Shown piece after piece: positions 26,248-38,200 of a stretch of 64,000 nucleotides of DNA. Made by a program: the position numbers and the translations under genes. The stretch lies in NCBI RefSeq assembly GCF_009914755.1, contig NC_060927.1; one strand, 5' to 3'. Origin of the DNA: the human T2T-CHM13v2.0 reference genome, Homo sapiens. Each line of letters starts with the position of its first letter. The stretch's first letter is position 1. Under the pieces are notes generated by a model. That model was given only the letters and a program-made list of their open reading frames with translations. It was not told the DNA's origin and searched no databases.

Positions 26248-27702
26248 TTTAGAAACAGAATTTATTAGTAAAAATTTTAAATGTATGACTTATTGGGTTT
26301 TTTTCTCGGTTAAATTTTCTTTAATTCCAACATATTTAAGGATTCAAATAAAAATTATCCTATCTCTATTTCATAAGTGTAAAAAATAAATTCATGAAAA
26401 TGAGAAAAAATGTCAAGAGGTAGCCGGAAAGATAGTTTTAAAATAATGTCATACATCACTGATGATGAACTTTTTAATACCATTATAAATAGTATTTTAA
26501 AAATAATACCTGAATGGCAAGAGAGGCTTCGCAGAGTATAGAAACAATAACTTTTATTTTTATATTAATTTACAGTTCCTAAGTCATTTTTTACATATAA
26601 TTCCTCAATTCCTTACTCCAATTTTATAGATAAGGAACCTAAAGGACAGAAATTTTGAAGAACTTGTCCAAAAATAGAAGAAAGTTATTCTGATGCCAAA
26701 TCTAATCATCTTTCTACTATCAAAAATATATGTTTTAAAAATTCCATATCTTACATATCTCTATTTATTACAAATAACAAGTCTGGATTAAAAGAAAATA
26801 GGTCTGGCAGGTTTAGTAGCATGCTAGTGTTTTACATTTTAAGGAATTTTAAAATATCCCAAGTCTAAAGCTCTTTTTTTGTAGCAGATTAATAATAACC
26901 AACACAGTGGTCCATCTTGGAAAAAATTAATGCCACAGGCTATGATAGACTTTCAAAGTAACATTTAGGGTGTGATATCACCAAAAACATGTACCTGGCA
27001 AAAATATCTCCACTGAAGCATAAAATCTTTGGCCTGGAGCCACTTTGAGTTAATCAGTGCCATGGGGCATATTTACTGCTGTCTACCCACATCTCCACAA
27101 TGAATGAACAGCTTTCAAATACATATTCATCTAACTGATGACCTAGGAGAAAAACAAGGCAGAAAGTATCAGTGAGACACTCCAATCCACCATAGTTATT
27201 GCTTGCATTTGTTTATTTCTCTTGATATCACACATTATTTTCCTTAGTTTCTGTCCATTTAAAATGTGCAGTTTACTTTCTGTTTTATTCATTCTCTTCC
27301 ATTGTCAAACTTGATATGCAATCTGGGAAGCAGATTATTAGCTCCTTTAAAAGCGAATACTTGAACATTTGACATGGTTTACACTCACATTACTCTCTGG
27401 TATTTTTAATATCCAAAACGTTTTATCAAAGAAAAAATGATTGTTGGTGCAATAATTTAATTCCATCTCCATACTATATTCCCACATGTAGGTGTTTTTT
27501 AGATAGAATGAATGTATGTGGTAGTGAAGGACAGTTGTTACATTAGCTGTTATGATTCAAGGATTCTCTTCATTATGCAGGACATTGAGAAATAAATTTC
27601 AGTATGTAGAGTATAAACTTATATGCCATTAATATTTACATGAATGAAAAAAATTAAAGTTTTTACTTAGATCTATTTTGAGCATACTCAATAACATTTG
27701 TG

Positions 27703-28485
27703 TTAAACTAAAATAAGGCTAAAGACATATTACAAATCTGCAAATAGTTCCTAGTTTGACTAGAGTTGTTGGAATTTGTCAATCAGTTCAGAAACAGATC
27801 TTTTTGTCTCTTTTTTAAATCAAATCACTGAAGATTGAGTCATAGCTCCCTTTTTTATTTCTTTATTTATTTTATTTGTTGTGCATGCACAAATGAACAA
27901 AGACATTTCAGAAATTCTTTTTTATTTTAAAATATGCTCTGGCCACAAAACAACATTTAAAAACCAGTAAAATTTATAAAATATTTATATTTTGCTCTAC
28001 AAGTAATTGAAATAAACATCCCTGGAATCTCTAGTAAAAAAAATTGTCATTGTCCTACACAGCCACATACAAAGTCAAATATTAGTATGTGGGAATTATA
28101 TTGGTTTACCTATATTATGTAAATTCTACACATAGGATTGTAATTTTATTAATCTCTTTAGTTATCACTGACATATGATATTTATGGAGTTTAAACTTTT
28201 CTGCATGAATTCAAAACTTGTTACCATTTTCTTGTTAGCATGTCCTGATAATTTTGCTTTTTGCTATTCTTTCATTATTTATTCCTCTAAATGTCTCAAA
28301 ACTATTTTAAGGGAAGCTTTTAAAAAGGGAGAAATAAAAAAGGGAAATATGACTCAATCTTCAGTGATTTTATTTTAAAAAGAGACAGATCTATTTCTGA
28401 ACTGATTGACAAATTCCAACAACTGTAGTCAAACTAGGAACAATTTGCAGATTTGTAATACGTCTTTAGCCTTACTTTAGTTTAA
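27703..28485. repeat. Long inverted repeat: arms 27703-27862 and 28330-28485, 467-bp spacer
   Basis: Manual alignment of the reverse complement: about 9 substitutions plus one 4-nt gap over 160 nt. Confidence 0.95.
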
Positions 28486-29755
28486 AAAGGTTAAATAGTA
28501 TTTGTTATATTTAAAGTTTTGATCAGTTTCTCTTTTTTGTTTGTTTTTTCATATGAAAGTATAAGCTCACTTGGCTTCCTGGTGAAAAGTTCAAAAAAAT
28601 CAAGCTGTGAATTTAGACACATTGATAAAGTAGTTTTGGTAGAATTACTGATAAGCAACATAAAACTTGATTTTTTAAAAAAAGTAGTTTTTTCTTGAAT
28701 TACACAGTCACAAGTATTTTGTGAGTTTTTTGGTCTGAATTTTAATTGGACATTGGAATTTTATCTATAATTTTATCTCACTGATGCCCTCTTTTCTCAA
28801 ATTTAAATGGCAACATTTTTTGCCTGTATCTCCTGGTATTGCACAAAAATTAAAAATTAGATCTACAATTATATATAACATACTGTTGATTGTGGGCATT
28901 TTGAAAATACAGCAATATCCATACCAACTATAAGTGAAGTCTGATACTATATCTGATTTGTCTGTTTCCTTTTTTAAAAAAATCATTTATGGACTAATAT
29001 GTTATTTCAGGAGCTACTGAACCATGCAGGGACTAGCATTCCAAGTATTTGAAACCATCTGTTTGAGATGATGTTACTGGAATATTTTTTTCTTTTGTTA
29101 ATGTTTACTCAAAATTGTTTCTTTAATAATTTTATAAAATGGCTAAAATATCTTGTTTCCTTGAGAATTACCCTTAAGAAACTTAGTTCCTGACTATTAG
29201 AAAGAAAATTCTTTCGGTATCCCTTGAAATACACAACAGTGGCTAAGAAAACATCTTTTCCGTTGTCTAAGAAGATCATTTGATATAAGAAAACTAGTAG
29301 ATTAAAATTCTAGAAAACCTTATGATTGAATTATGAATCTTTGTTTTTAATAATACAGTGATCAGTCTTTCTACTTCAGTAAGAATTTTGTGTTGTATGT
29401 GATTTTGCTTTATTTTTGGTATTGATGTTGCCAGAATATTCTTAATCAAATGTAGTTTAGAATATATTCAGGGACAATATTTGTCTCTTACAGAAAATGA
29501 ATAATTTCACCTGCATATATGGCTTTTAGCCTAGTTTTAACCTACTTTTTAATCTCATTAACTGTTATGAACAATTTTTGGTTATTAATTCTGAGAGAAC
29601 ACAAATTGCTGGACGACTCCTCAGAATTTTGGTTTTAATAAATTTGAGTGAGCTCCAGAAACTGCGAACTCCTGAGTGATGCCAATGTTGCTGGTCTGGG
29701 GGTCAACTTTGAGAACTACTGAATTTAAAAATAGATTTTAGAAAAACGGAAAGAT

Positions 29756-30041
<286 letters not shown>

Positions 30042-30102
30042 GACAAGCAGAAAGGTGGAGAAGCCACCCTGAGCTCTCATGCCAAGAATTTTAGGAAAAT
30101 AA

Positions 30103-31629
30103 TGAGAGGTGACAGCATGCTGGCAGCCCTCGCAGGCTCTTGGCACCTCCTCGGCCTTGGCACCCACTCTGGCCACGCTTGAGGAGCCCTTCAGCCTGCC
30201 GCTGCACTGTGGGAGCCCCTTTCTGGGCTGGCCAAGGCCGGAGCCAGCTCCCTCAGCTTGCAGGGAGGTGTGGAGTGAGAGGCTCAGGCGGGAACCGGGG
30301 CCGCGCAGGGCACTTGTGGGCCAGCGCGAGTTCCGGGTGGGCGTGGGCTTGGTGGGCCCTGCACTCGGAGTGGCTGGCTGGCCTGCCGGCCCCGGGCAGT
30401 GAGGGGCTTAGCACCTGGGCCAGCAGCTGCTGTGCTCAATTTCTCACCGGGCCTTAGCTGCCTCCCCATGGGGCAGGGCTCGGGACCTGCAGCCCACCAT
30501 GCCTGAGCCTCCTCCCGCCTGCCCTGGGCTCCTGCGCGGCCCAAGCATCCCAGACGAGGGCAGCCCCCTGCTCCACAGCACCGGGTCCCATCGACCACCC
30601 AAGGGCTGAGGAGTGCAGGCACATGGCACGGGACTGGTGGGCAGCTCCACCTGCAGCCCTGGTGCAAGATCCACTGGGTGAAGCCAGCTGGGCTCCTGGG
30701 TCTGGTGGGGACCTGGGGAATCTTTATGTCTAGCTAAGGGATTGTGAATGCACCAATCGGCACTCTGTATCTAGCTCAAGGTTTGTAAATGCACCAATCA
30801 GCACTCTGTGTCTAGCTCAAGGTTTGCAAATGCACCAATCAGCGTTCTGTGTCTAGCTAATCTGGTGGGGACTTGGAGAATCTTTATGTCTAGCTAAGGG
30901 ATTGTGAATGCACCAATCGGCACTCTGTATCTAGCTCAAGGTTTGTAAATGCACCAATCATCACTCTGTGTCTAGCTCAGGGTTTGTAAATACACCAATC
31001 AACACTCTGTATCTAGCTAATCTAGTGGGGACATGGAGAACTTTTCTGTCTAGCTCAGGGATTGTAAACGCACCAATCAGCACCCTGTCAAAACAGACCA
31101 ATCAGCTCTCTGTAAAACAGACCAATCGGCTCTCTGTAAAATGGACCAATCAGCGGGATGTGGGTGGGGCCAGATAAGAGAATAAAAGCAGGCTGCCTCA
31201 ACCAGCGGTGACAATCTGCTGGGGTCCTCTTCCATGTGATGGAAGCTTTGTACTTTTGCTCTTTGCAATAATAAATCTTATTGCTGCTCAGTCTTTGGGT
31301 CTACACTGCTTTTATGAGCTGTAACACTGGCGGTGAACGTCTGCAGCTTCACTCCTGAAGCCAGCGAGACCACAAACCTATGGGGAGGAACGAACAACTC
31401 CAGACGCACGGCCTTAAGAGCTGTAAGACTCATCAGGAAAGTCTGTAGCTTCATTTCTGAGCCAGCGAGACCATGAACCCACCAGAAGGAAAAAACTCCG
31501 AACACATCCGAACACCAGAAGGAGCAAACTCCAGACACACTGCCTTTAAGAACTGTAACACTCACCGCCAGGCTCCGTGGCTTCATTGTTGAAGTCAGTG
31601 AGATCAAGAACCCACCAATTCCGAACACA
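30103..31629 (+). mobile_element. Solo LTR12 (ERV9; LTR12C-like), full length
   Basis: Starts tgagaggtgacagcatgctggcag, ends cccaccaattccgaacaca; 4-bp TSD ataa/ataa; internal ~41-bp CCAAT repeats. Confidence 0.95.
30700..31210 (+). promoter_or_regulatory. ERV9 LTR enhancer/promoter: ~10 CCAAT (NF-Y) boxes, GATA site, AATAAAA TATA-like box
   Basis: Repeated caccaatc/gaccaatc; ccagataagagaataaaagcagg at ~31170-31192; matches the known LTR12 promoter layout. Confidence 0.7.
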
Positions 31630-31633
31630 ATAA

Positions 31634-32075
31634 CAGCACGTTAAAACAAAAGAAAGTTGTGAAAGAACAGAAATTAATAACATAGAAAAGACATATAAAA
31701 TAGTAGCAATGAGGCCCAAGGATGAAATTATTTTTAAAAGCTGATAAAATCTTGATGAGTATATAAGCAAGGAAGAGAGAAAAGACACAAATAATATCAG
31801 AACTGAAAAAGTGCTTTCACAATGTATCCCAAAGGATAATAACTAAACATTTTGAATGACTGTATGCTAATAAATTTGAAACTTTAGATTAAATTTTAAA
31901 TTTTTCTGGAAAATACAGCTACTTTGTTGTTGCACAGAAAGAAAATCCTATATCTGTTTTAAAGATTAAGTATGTAAATAAAAATTTCCAGCAAAGAAAA
32001 CCCCATGCCAAAATTTTATTTAAAGCCACTAATTTTATTTAAAGAAGAAATACAATTTTAAACAAAATCCCCCAG
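31634..32075 (+). mobile_element. Old L1 ORF2 fragment
   Basis: ctgtatgctaataaatttgaaactttagattaaat; cacaaataatatcagaactgaaaaag. Confidence 0.6.
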
Positions 32076-32535
32076 TGAATAACCTTTCTCCTATTTTACC
32101 CTTTTTCTTAAAAGATAGTTTTTCTTTGTTCACAACTTCAGTTTAACAGTCATTTTCTCTGAGAACCAGATGTTAGTTACCTTCTTGCTTCCATTGTTGC
32201 TGCTGAACGTCTGCTTTCCATTCAATTTGAGATTAATCTGGCTTTTCTCTTCAAGTCCTTTTAAGACTTTTCTTTTGACTTTGGTATTCTGCGGGTTCAC
32301 TAGAGTTGTCTAAATTTTTTAACCTCTGAATTTTATATACTTTGCTTTTCATATTTGTGAACTCGTGTTTTTCATAAGTTGTAGAAAAGTCTAAGACATT
32401 TTCTTGTCTACACCATTATTTCTAGTGTGTTTTCCTGCGACTTCGACTGGGAGTATACCAGCCTTTCTTATTCTATTCTGCATACGTATTAACTTCTCAC
32501 ATGCATCCTTGTCTCCCTATACCATATGTGGGTAC

Positions 32536-34960
32536 TATGTTAGTCCATTTTGCGTTGCTATAAAATAATACCTGCAGCTGGGTAATTCATAAAGAAAAGA
32601 GGTTTAATTGACTCACAGTTCTGTAGACTATACAGGAAGCATGGCACCAGCATCTGTTTCTGGTAAGGGCTCATGAAGCTCACAATCATGACCGAAGGTG
32701 AAGTGGGAGCAGACCTCTCACATGACGAGAGAGGGAGCCAGAGAGAGGAAGGAGGTGCTAGGCTCTTTTAAACAACCAGATCTCACGTGAACTCAGGGTG
32801 AAAACTCATTCATTATTGGGAAGATGGTACTAAGCCACTGATGAGGGATCTACCCCCATGACGCCAACACCTTCCACTAGCCACAATTCCAACATTGGGA
32901 AACACATTTCAACGTGAGATTTTCAGGGGACTAACATCCAAGCCATTATTCCCTCCCTGGCCCCTCAGATCTCACATCCTTCTCACATTACAAAATACAA
33001 TCATTCCTTCCCAATGGTCCCCAAAAGTCTCAACTCATTTCAGCATCAACTCAAAAAGTCCAAAGTCTCATCTCAGACTCAAGGAATGTTCCTGCCAACT
33101 GTGAGCCTGTAAAATTAAAATCAAGTTACTTACTTCCAAAATACAATGATGGTATAGACATTGGGTAAATATTCCTACTCCAAAAGAGAGAAATTGATCA
33201 AAAGAAAGGAGAAACAAGCCCCACACAAGTCTGAAACCCAGTGAGGCATTAATCAAATCTTAACACTCTAAAATGGTCTCCTTTGAATACATTTCCCACA
33301 TCCAGGACACACTGGTACAAGAGGTGAACTCCCAAGGCCTTGGGCTGCTCCAATCCTATGGCTTTGCAGGATACAGCCCCGCAGCTGCTCTCACATGTTG
33401 GAATTGAGTGCCTGTGGCTTTTCCAGGCTCAGAGTGCATGCTGTCAACGAGTCTACCATTGGGGGCTGGAGTGGCCCCATTCCCATAGCTCCAATAATCA
33501 GTGCCCCAATGGGAACTCTGTGTGGAGGCTCCAACCCCACATTTCCCCTTGGCACTGCCCTAACAAGGGCTCTCTACAGGGGCACCACCCCTGCAGCGGG
33601 CTTCTGCCTAAGCAAGCAAGTTTTCCGATACAGCCTCTGAAATCTAGGGGGAAGCTGCCAAGCCTCCTTCATGCTTTCATTCTGTGCACCTTTAGGCTTA
33701 ACACCACATGGAAACCACCAAGGCTTACAGCTTGCACCTTTTGAAGCAGTGGCCCAAGCTGTATCTGAGGCCCTTTGAGCCAAGGCTGGAGCTGTAGCAG
33801 TTTGGATGCAGGGAGCAGCATCCCAAGGCTGCACAGGACAGTGGTGTTCCAGGCCTGGCCCCTGAAACCATTCTTTGCTTTTAGGCCTCTGGGCCTGTGA
33901 TGGGAAGGGCTGTCCCAAAGACTTCTGAAATATCTTGGAGGCTTTTTTCCCATTGTCTTGGATATTACCACCTGGCTCCCTTTTTGTTAGGCAAATCTCT
34001 CTAGCATTCCTTGCTCCAAAGGGTGCTTGCATTTCTCTCCTGAAAAAGTGTTTCCTTTCTCTGCCACACGACTAGTCTGCAATTTTTCCAAATTTTTATG
34101 CCCTGCTTTTCTTTTAAATGTAAGTTCCAACTTTAAGTCATTCCTTTGCTCCTATTTGATCCTAAGTTGTGAGGAGCAGCCAGCTTTGCTGCTTAGAAAT
34201 TTCTTCCACCAGATACCATAAGTCATCACAGATAAGTTCAACCTTCTACAGATCCCTACGATGCAGACATAACGTAGCCAAGCCCTTTGCTAGGGTGTAA
34301 CACAAGTGACTTTTACTCCAGTTCCCAATAAAGTCCTCATTTCCATCTGAGACCTTGTCAGCCTGGCCATCACTGCCCATACATGTAATAACATTTTGGT
34401 CACAATTATTTAACTAGTCACTAAGAAGTTCCAAACATTCCCTTATCTTCTTGTCTTCTTCTGATCCTCCAAAATCTTCAATCTCTTCCCATTGCTTCTG
34501 CATTTTCAAGTATCTATATAGCAATGCTACACTCCTCAGCACCAATTTTGTGTTTTAGTTCATTTTCCATTACTAGAAAAGAATATCTGAGATGGGATAA
34601 TTTATAAAGAAAAAAGATTTAATTGGCTCACAGTTCTTCAGGCTGTACAGGAAGCATGGTGCCAGCATCTGCTTCTGGTGAGTGCCTCAGTAAGCTTACA
34701 GTGATGGCAGAAGATGAAAAGGGATCAGGCATATAACATGGCAAGAGAGGAAGCAAGAGAGGGAGGAGGTGCCAGTCTCTTTTAAACAACTTGATCTCAC
34801 ATAAACTCACAAAGTGAGAACTCATTCATTACTGTGAAGATGGCACTAAGCCATTCATGAGGCCCCATGACCCAAACACCTCCCACTAGGTACCATCTCC
34901 AGCACTGAGGATCACATTTCAACATGAGATTTGGAGGAAACAAATATCCAAACCATATCA
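32536..34960 (-). mobile_element. Complete MST MaLR (MSTA/B-type): LTR 32536-~32950, internal ~1.6 kb, LTR 34551-34960
   Basis: Two homologous LTRs (tttaattgactcacagttc / tttaattggctcacagttc; end caaaccatatca) flanking a THE1/MST-type internal sequence; inserted in antisense L1 remnants. Confidence 0.92.
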
Positions 34961-35539
34961 AGTAGTTTATTTGAATCTATCTTTTAGTTCCCTCATGCTC
35001 CCTTCAACAGTGTGTAATGCCTTGTATAACCCATCTAGAGTCTAATTTTCAGCAGTTACATTTCATATTTCTAAAAAGTCAATTTGATTGGTCATTCTTG
35101 ATAGCCTTTTGTTCTTTGCTCAATTTTTATTCAACTTCCTACTTATTTAAATGTATACTATACTATGCTTATATTTGTGTTCTATGTCTGATCATTCTAG
35201 TAACTAACCTCTTCAGTTGGGATCTTAAACCATCATTGATTTTGCTGATTCTCACTCATGGTTCCTTATTTCATTTTGTGTTTGATGATTTCCTTTTTTA
35301 TTGTGAGCTCAAATTTTGTTGAACTGGACCTGTAGGACTATCACTGTTACACATTTGGAATTTTTTATTCTGGAGGAGAGTTGTAGGATTATCGTAGGAC
35401 CACTTTAGCACTTTTAAGTTTCCAGCTTAATGAAGGAGTGAGAGATTCATCCCCTTCAATGTGTAGCAGCCACAGTTTAGCCTTTTGGTATCAGCACTGG
35501 CATTGACATTTACTTTTAGGACTTCACTGATCCTAGTGG

Positions 35540-36286
35540 TGAGAGACAGGACTAGCTGGATTTCCTAGGCCAACTAAAAATCCCTAAGCCTAGCTGGGAA
35601 GGTGACCGCGTCCATCTTTAAACACGGGGCTTGCAACTTAGCTCACACCTGACCAGTCAGAGAGCTCACTAAAATGCTAATTAGGCAAAAACAGGGGGTA
35701 AAGAAATAGCCAATCATCTTTCGCCTGAGAGCACAGCAGACGGACAATGATCGGGATATAAACCCAGGGATTTGAGCCGGCAATAGCTACCTCTTTGGGT
35801 CCTCTCTTTTTGTATGGGAGCTCTGTCTTCACTCTATTAAATCTTGCAACTGCACTCTCTTTTGTTCCGTGTTCCTTACGGCTCGAGGTGAGCTTTCACT
35901 TGCTGTCCACCACTCCTGTTTGCGCTTTCGCAGACCCACCGCTGACTTCCATCCCTCCAGATCTGGCAGGGTGTCCGCTGTGCTCCTGATCCATCGAGGC
36001 GCCCATTGCCACTCCCGATCGGGCTAAAGGCTTGCCATTGTTCCTGCATGGCTAAGTGCCTGGGTTCGTCCTAATAGAGCTGAACACTAGTCACTGGGTT
36101 CCATGGTTCTCTTCTGTGACCCGCAGGTTCTAATAGAGCTATAACACTGACTGCATGGCCCAAGATTCTATTCCTTGGAATCTGTGAGGCCAAGAACCCC
36201 AGGTCAGAGAACACGAGGCTTGCCACCATCTTGGAAGTGGCCTGCCACCATCTTGGGAGCTCGGGAGCAAGGACCCCCTCGTAACA
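35540..36286 (+). mobile_element. Solo LTR17 (HERV-W/HERV17)
   Basis: tgagagacaggactagctggatttcctagg...ggaccccctcgtaaca; 4-bp TSD gtgg/gtgg; CCAAT ~35710, TATA gatataaa ~35755, attaaa ~35836. Confidence 0.95.
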
Positions 36287-37247
36287 GTGGTATCAAATGG
36301 TTTATTAATTATTTTCCTAACTCTACTGAAAGTACAGAAATGCATAAAAAATATACTTCATGCACATTATCTGGCAGCTAGGTTGTCTTGCAGCAGAACG
36401 ATTTTTTAGGGTATCTAGTCCTTTCATACTACCAGAAGCAAAAATCCCAAAAGTAACATTTTTCACTGTAAAAAATTTCGAAATTCCACATAATCCCAAA
36501 TCAAAAAGAAAAATAAATTCTCCCATCACTGAGCTATCCAGAAAATCCAAGTAAATAATTTGGTGAGTATCTTTCAAACATAAACACACACTCACAGAAT
36601 ACATACACACATACACACACACATATGTATATAGAATTTTTTGTACTATTTGCCAGATACATGATCTGAATGTCAAGACTACTACCTTCTTCACCCTCAC
36701 CCCATCCATGGCAAACAACATCAGTCAATTACTGCTTTCCGACTCTTGGGACTGGTAGCTTTATGTCATGTCATCAAATTTATATCATCAAAAAATTACA
36801 GAAAACAACTACCAATCAGTTGGAGTTAGTTGGTATGTAAGGTCTTTTCTTCCTTTTTTTAAACTTAATACATAATGCTCATTTATTTTTCAGAGTGTGT
36901 ATAAATTAAATTTGGTAGAAGCAATTTATGAAACTCATATAGAAAGTATTACATTATTTTTAACTAATGAAACATTCATAAAATGTACTACAGAGAGCAT
37001 ATTTAGGAATTAAAACTGTTGCCTCCAAAAGAGTAAATGTCAATACAAATATGGCATAGGAGGAAAACATTCCAGGTATCAGAGTGGATTAATAGACATA
37101 TATTATAAATGAGATGTGTTATGCTGCAAATAATCTTCATCCTTAATGAATCTTTAAAATCGAACTATATTGACAGTTAAAGATGTAAGAGGGAGACACA
37201 GCCCTTTTCTCAAAGGTCTATATTTTGTTTATAAAGATTCTAGTTCA

Positions 37248-37458
37248 ACTAGTCAACAAGCAACAGCTCAAATCCAGTCTGCCTTCTAATACATAAATAA
37301 AGTTTTATTGGAACATAGCCATGCCTATTTGTTTCATATTGTCTATGGGTGCTTTTGTGCTAAAATGGCAGCATTGAATAGTTGAATTAATAACATAGAA
37401 CATACAGCTTAAAATATTTACTTTCTGGGCCTTTACAAAAAATGTTTGCTGAGCCCTG
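37248..37458. mobile_element. MER58A (hAT-Charlie MITE)
   Basis: aataaagttttattggaacatagccatgcc...aaatatttactttctgggcctttacaaaaaatgtttgctgagccctg. Confidence 0.85.
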
Positions 37459-38069
37459 TTTGTCATTCAGGGGTTGACTACACGATGAACTGAGATTAAA
37501 AGTCAGCACAATCCCAGGTGGCCTTGATTTCCTCCAGCTTCTCTGCTGAAAACTCATCTACTTTGCTGTTTCTTTCAACTTTCCCTGCGTCTAACTCCCC
37601 TTCTCTCTGTCACTCTCCCTGCCTTAAGGCTTGACTCCTACTGCTATATGATACCAAGAATTGCTTGAAGATACATAACTCCCAGGGATGTGCTAAACCA
37701 TGGTTATTCTGACCCTGTATAATTCAAATGTATTTGTTTTCTTTTAACAAAATTGTAGGTCATCTATTTCTAGCCCCATAATCTCCTCCTCATTTGCTTC
37801 CATTAACAGAAATTCTGAAGATAAATGACATACAAGTGCCAAATTTACAGTTCCAAAATGAAGAGTTCTGCATTCAAAAAAAGGATGAGAAAGGATGTTA
37901 TTTGAGCTAGACCTTCAAGCACAAGAGGAATTCCGATAAGTACGAGGCACTGGAAAATTATTATAGTCAAGGATAATGGCAAAAGCAGAGAATAAAGGCA
38001 GGAAGGGGCATGTAGTGATCAGAAGCCAAAACAAAAATCAGTGGGCAGATACATTCTTTAGAACAACTC

Positions 38070-38200
38070 ATTATTATCGTCATTATATACACAAGAAAAC
38101 AGAGTTCATCAGATAGGTTCAGCAGATTGTTCAAGGTCACATAGCAAAAGATGGAGACTCTTGGATTTTATCCCAGCCAGACCAACTCTAACCACCATCC
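38070..38200 (-). mobile_element. MIR
   Basis: attatcgtcattatatacacaagaaaacagagttc...ttgttcaaggtcacatagc. Confidence 0.65.

Noticed and set aside
30700-31150. Regular ~41-bp repeats resembling a CRISPR-like array
   Set aside because: No unique spacers; these are the known ERV9 LTR enhancer repeats in eukaryotic DNA
33340-34221. ORFs of 134-152 aa
   Set aside because: Within the MST MaLR internal region; fragmented remnants, not host genes
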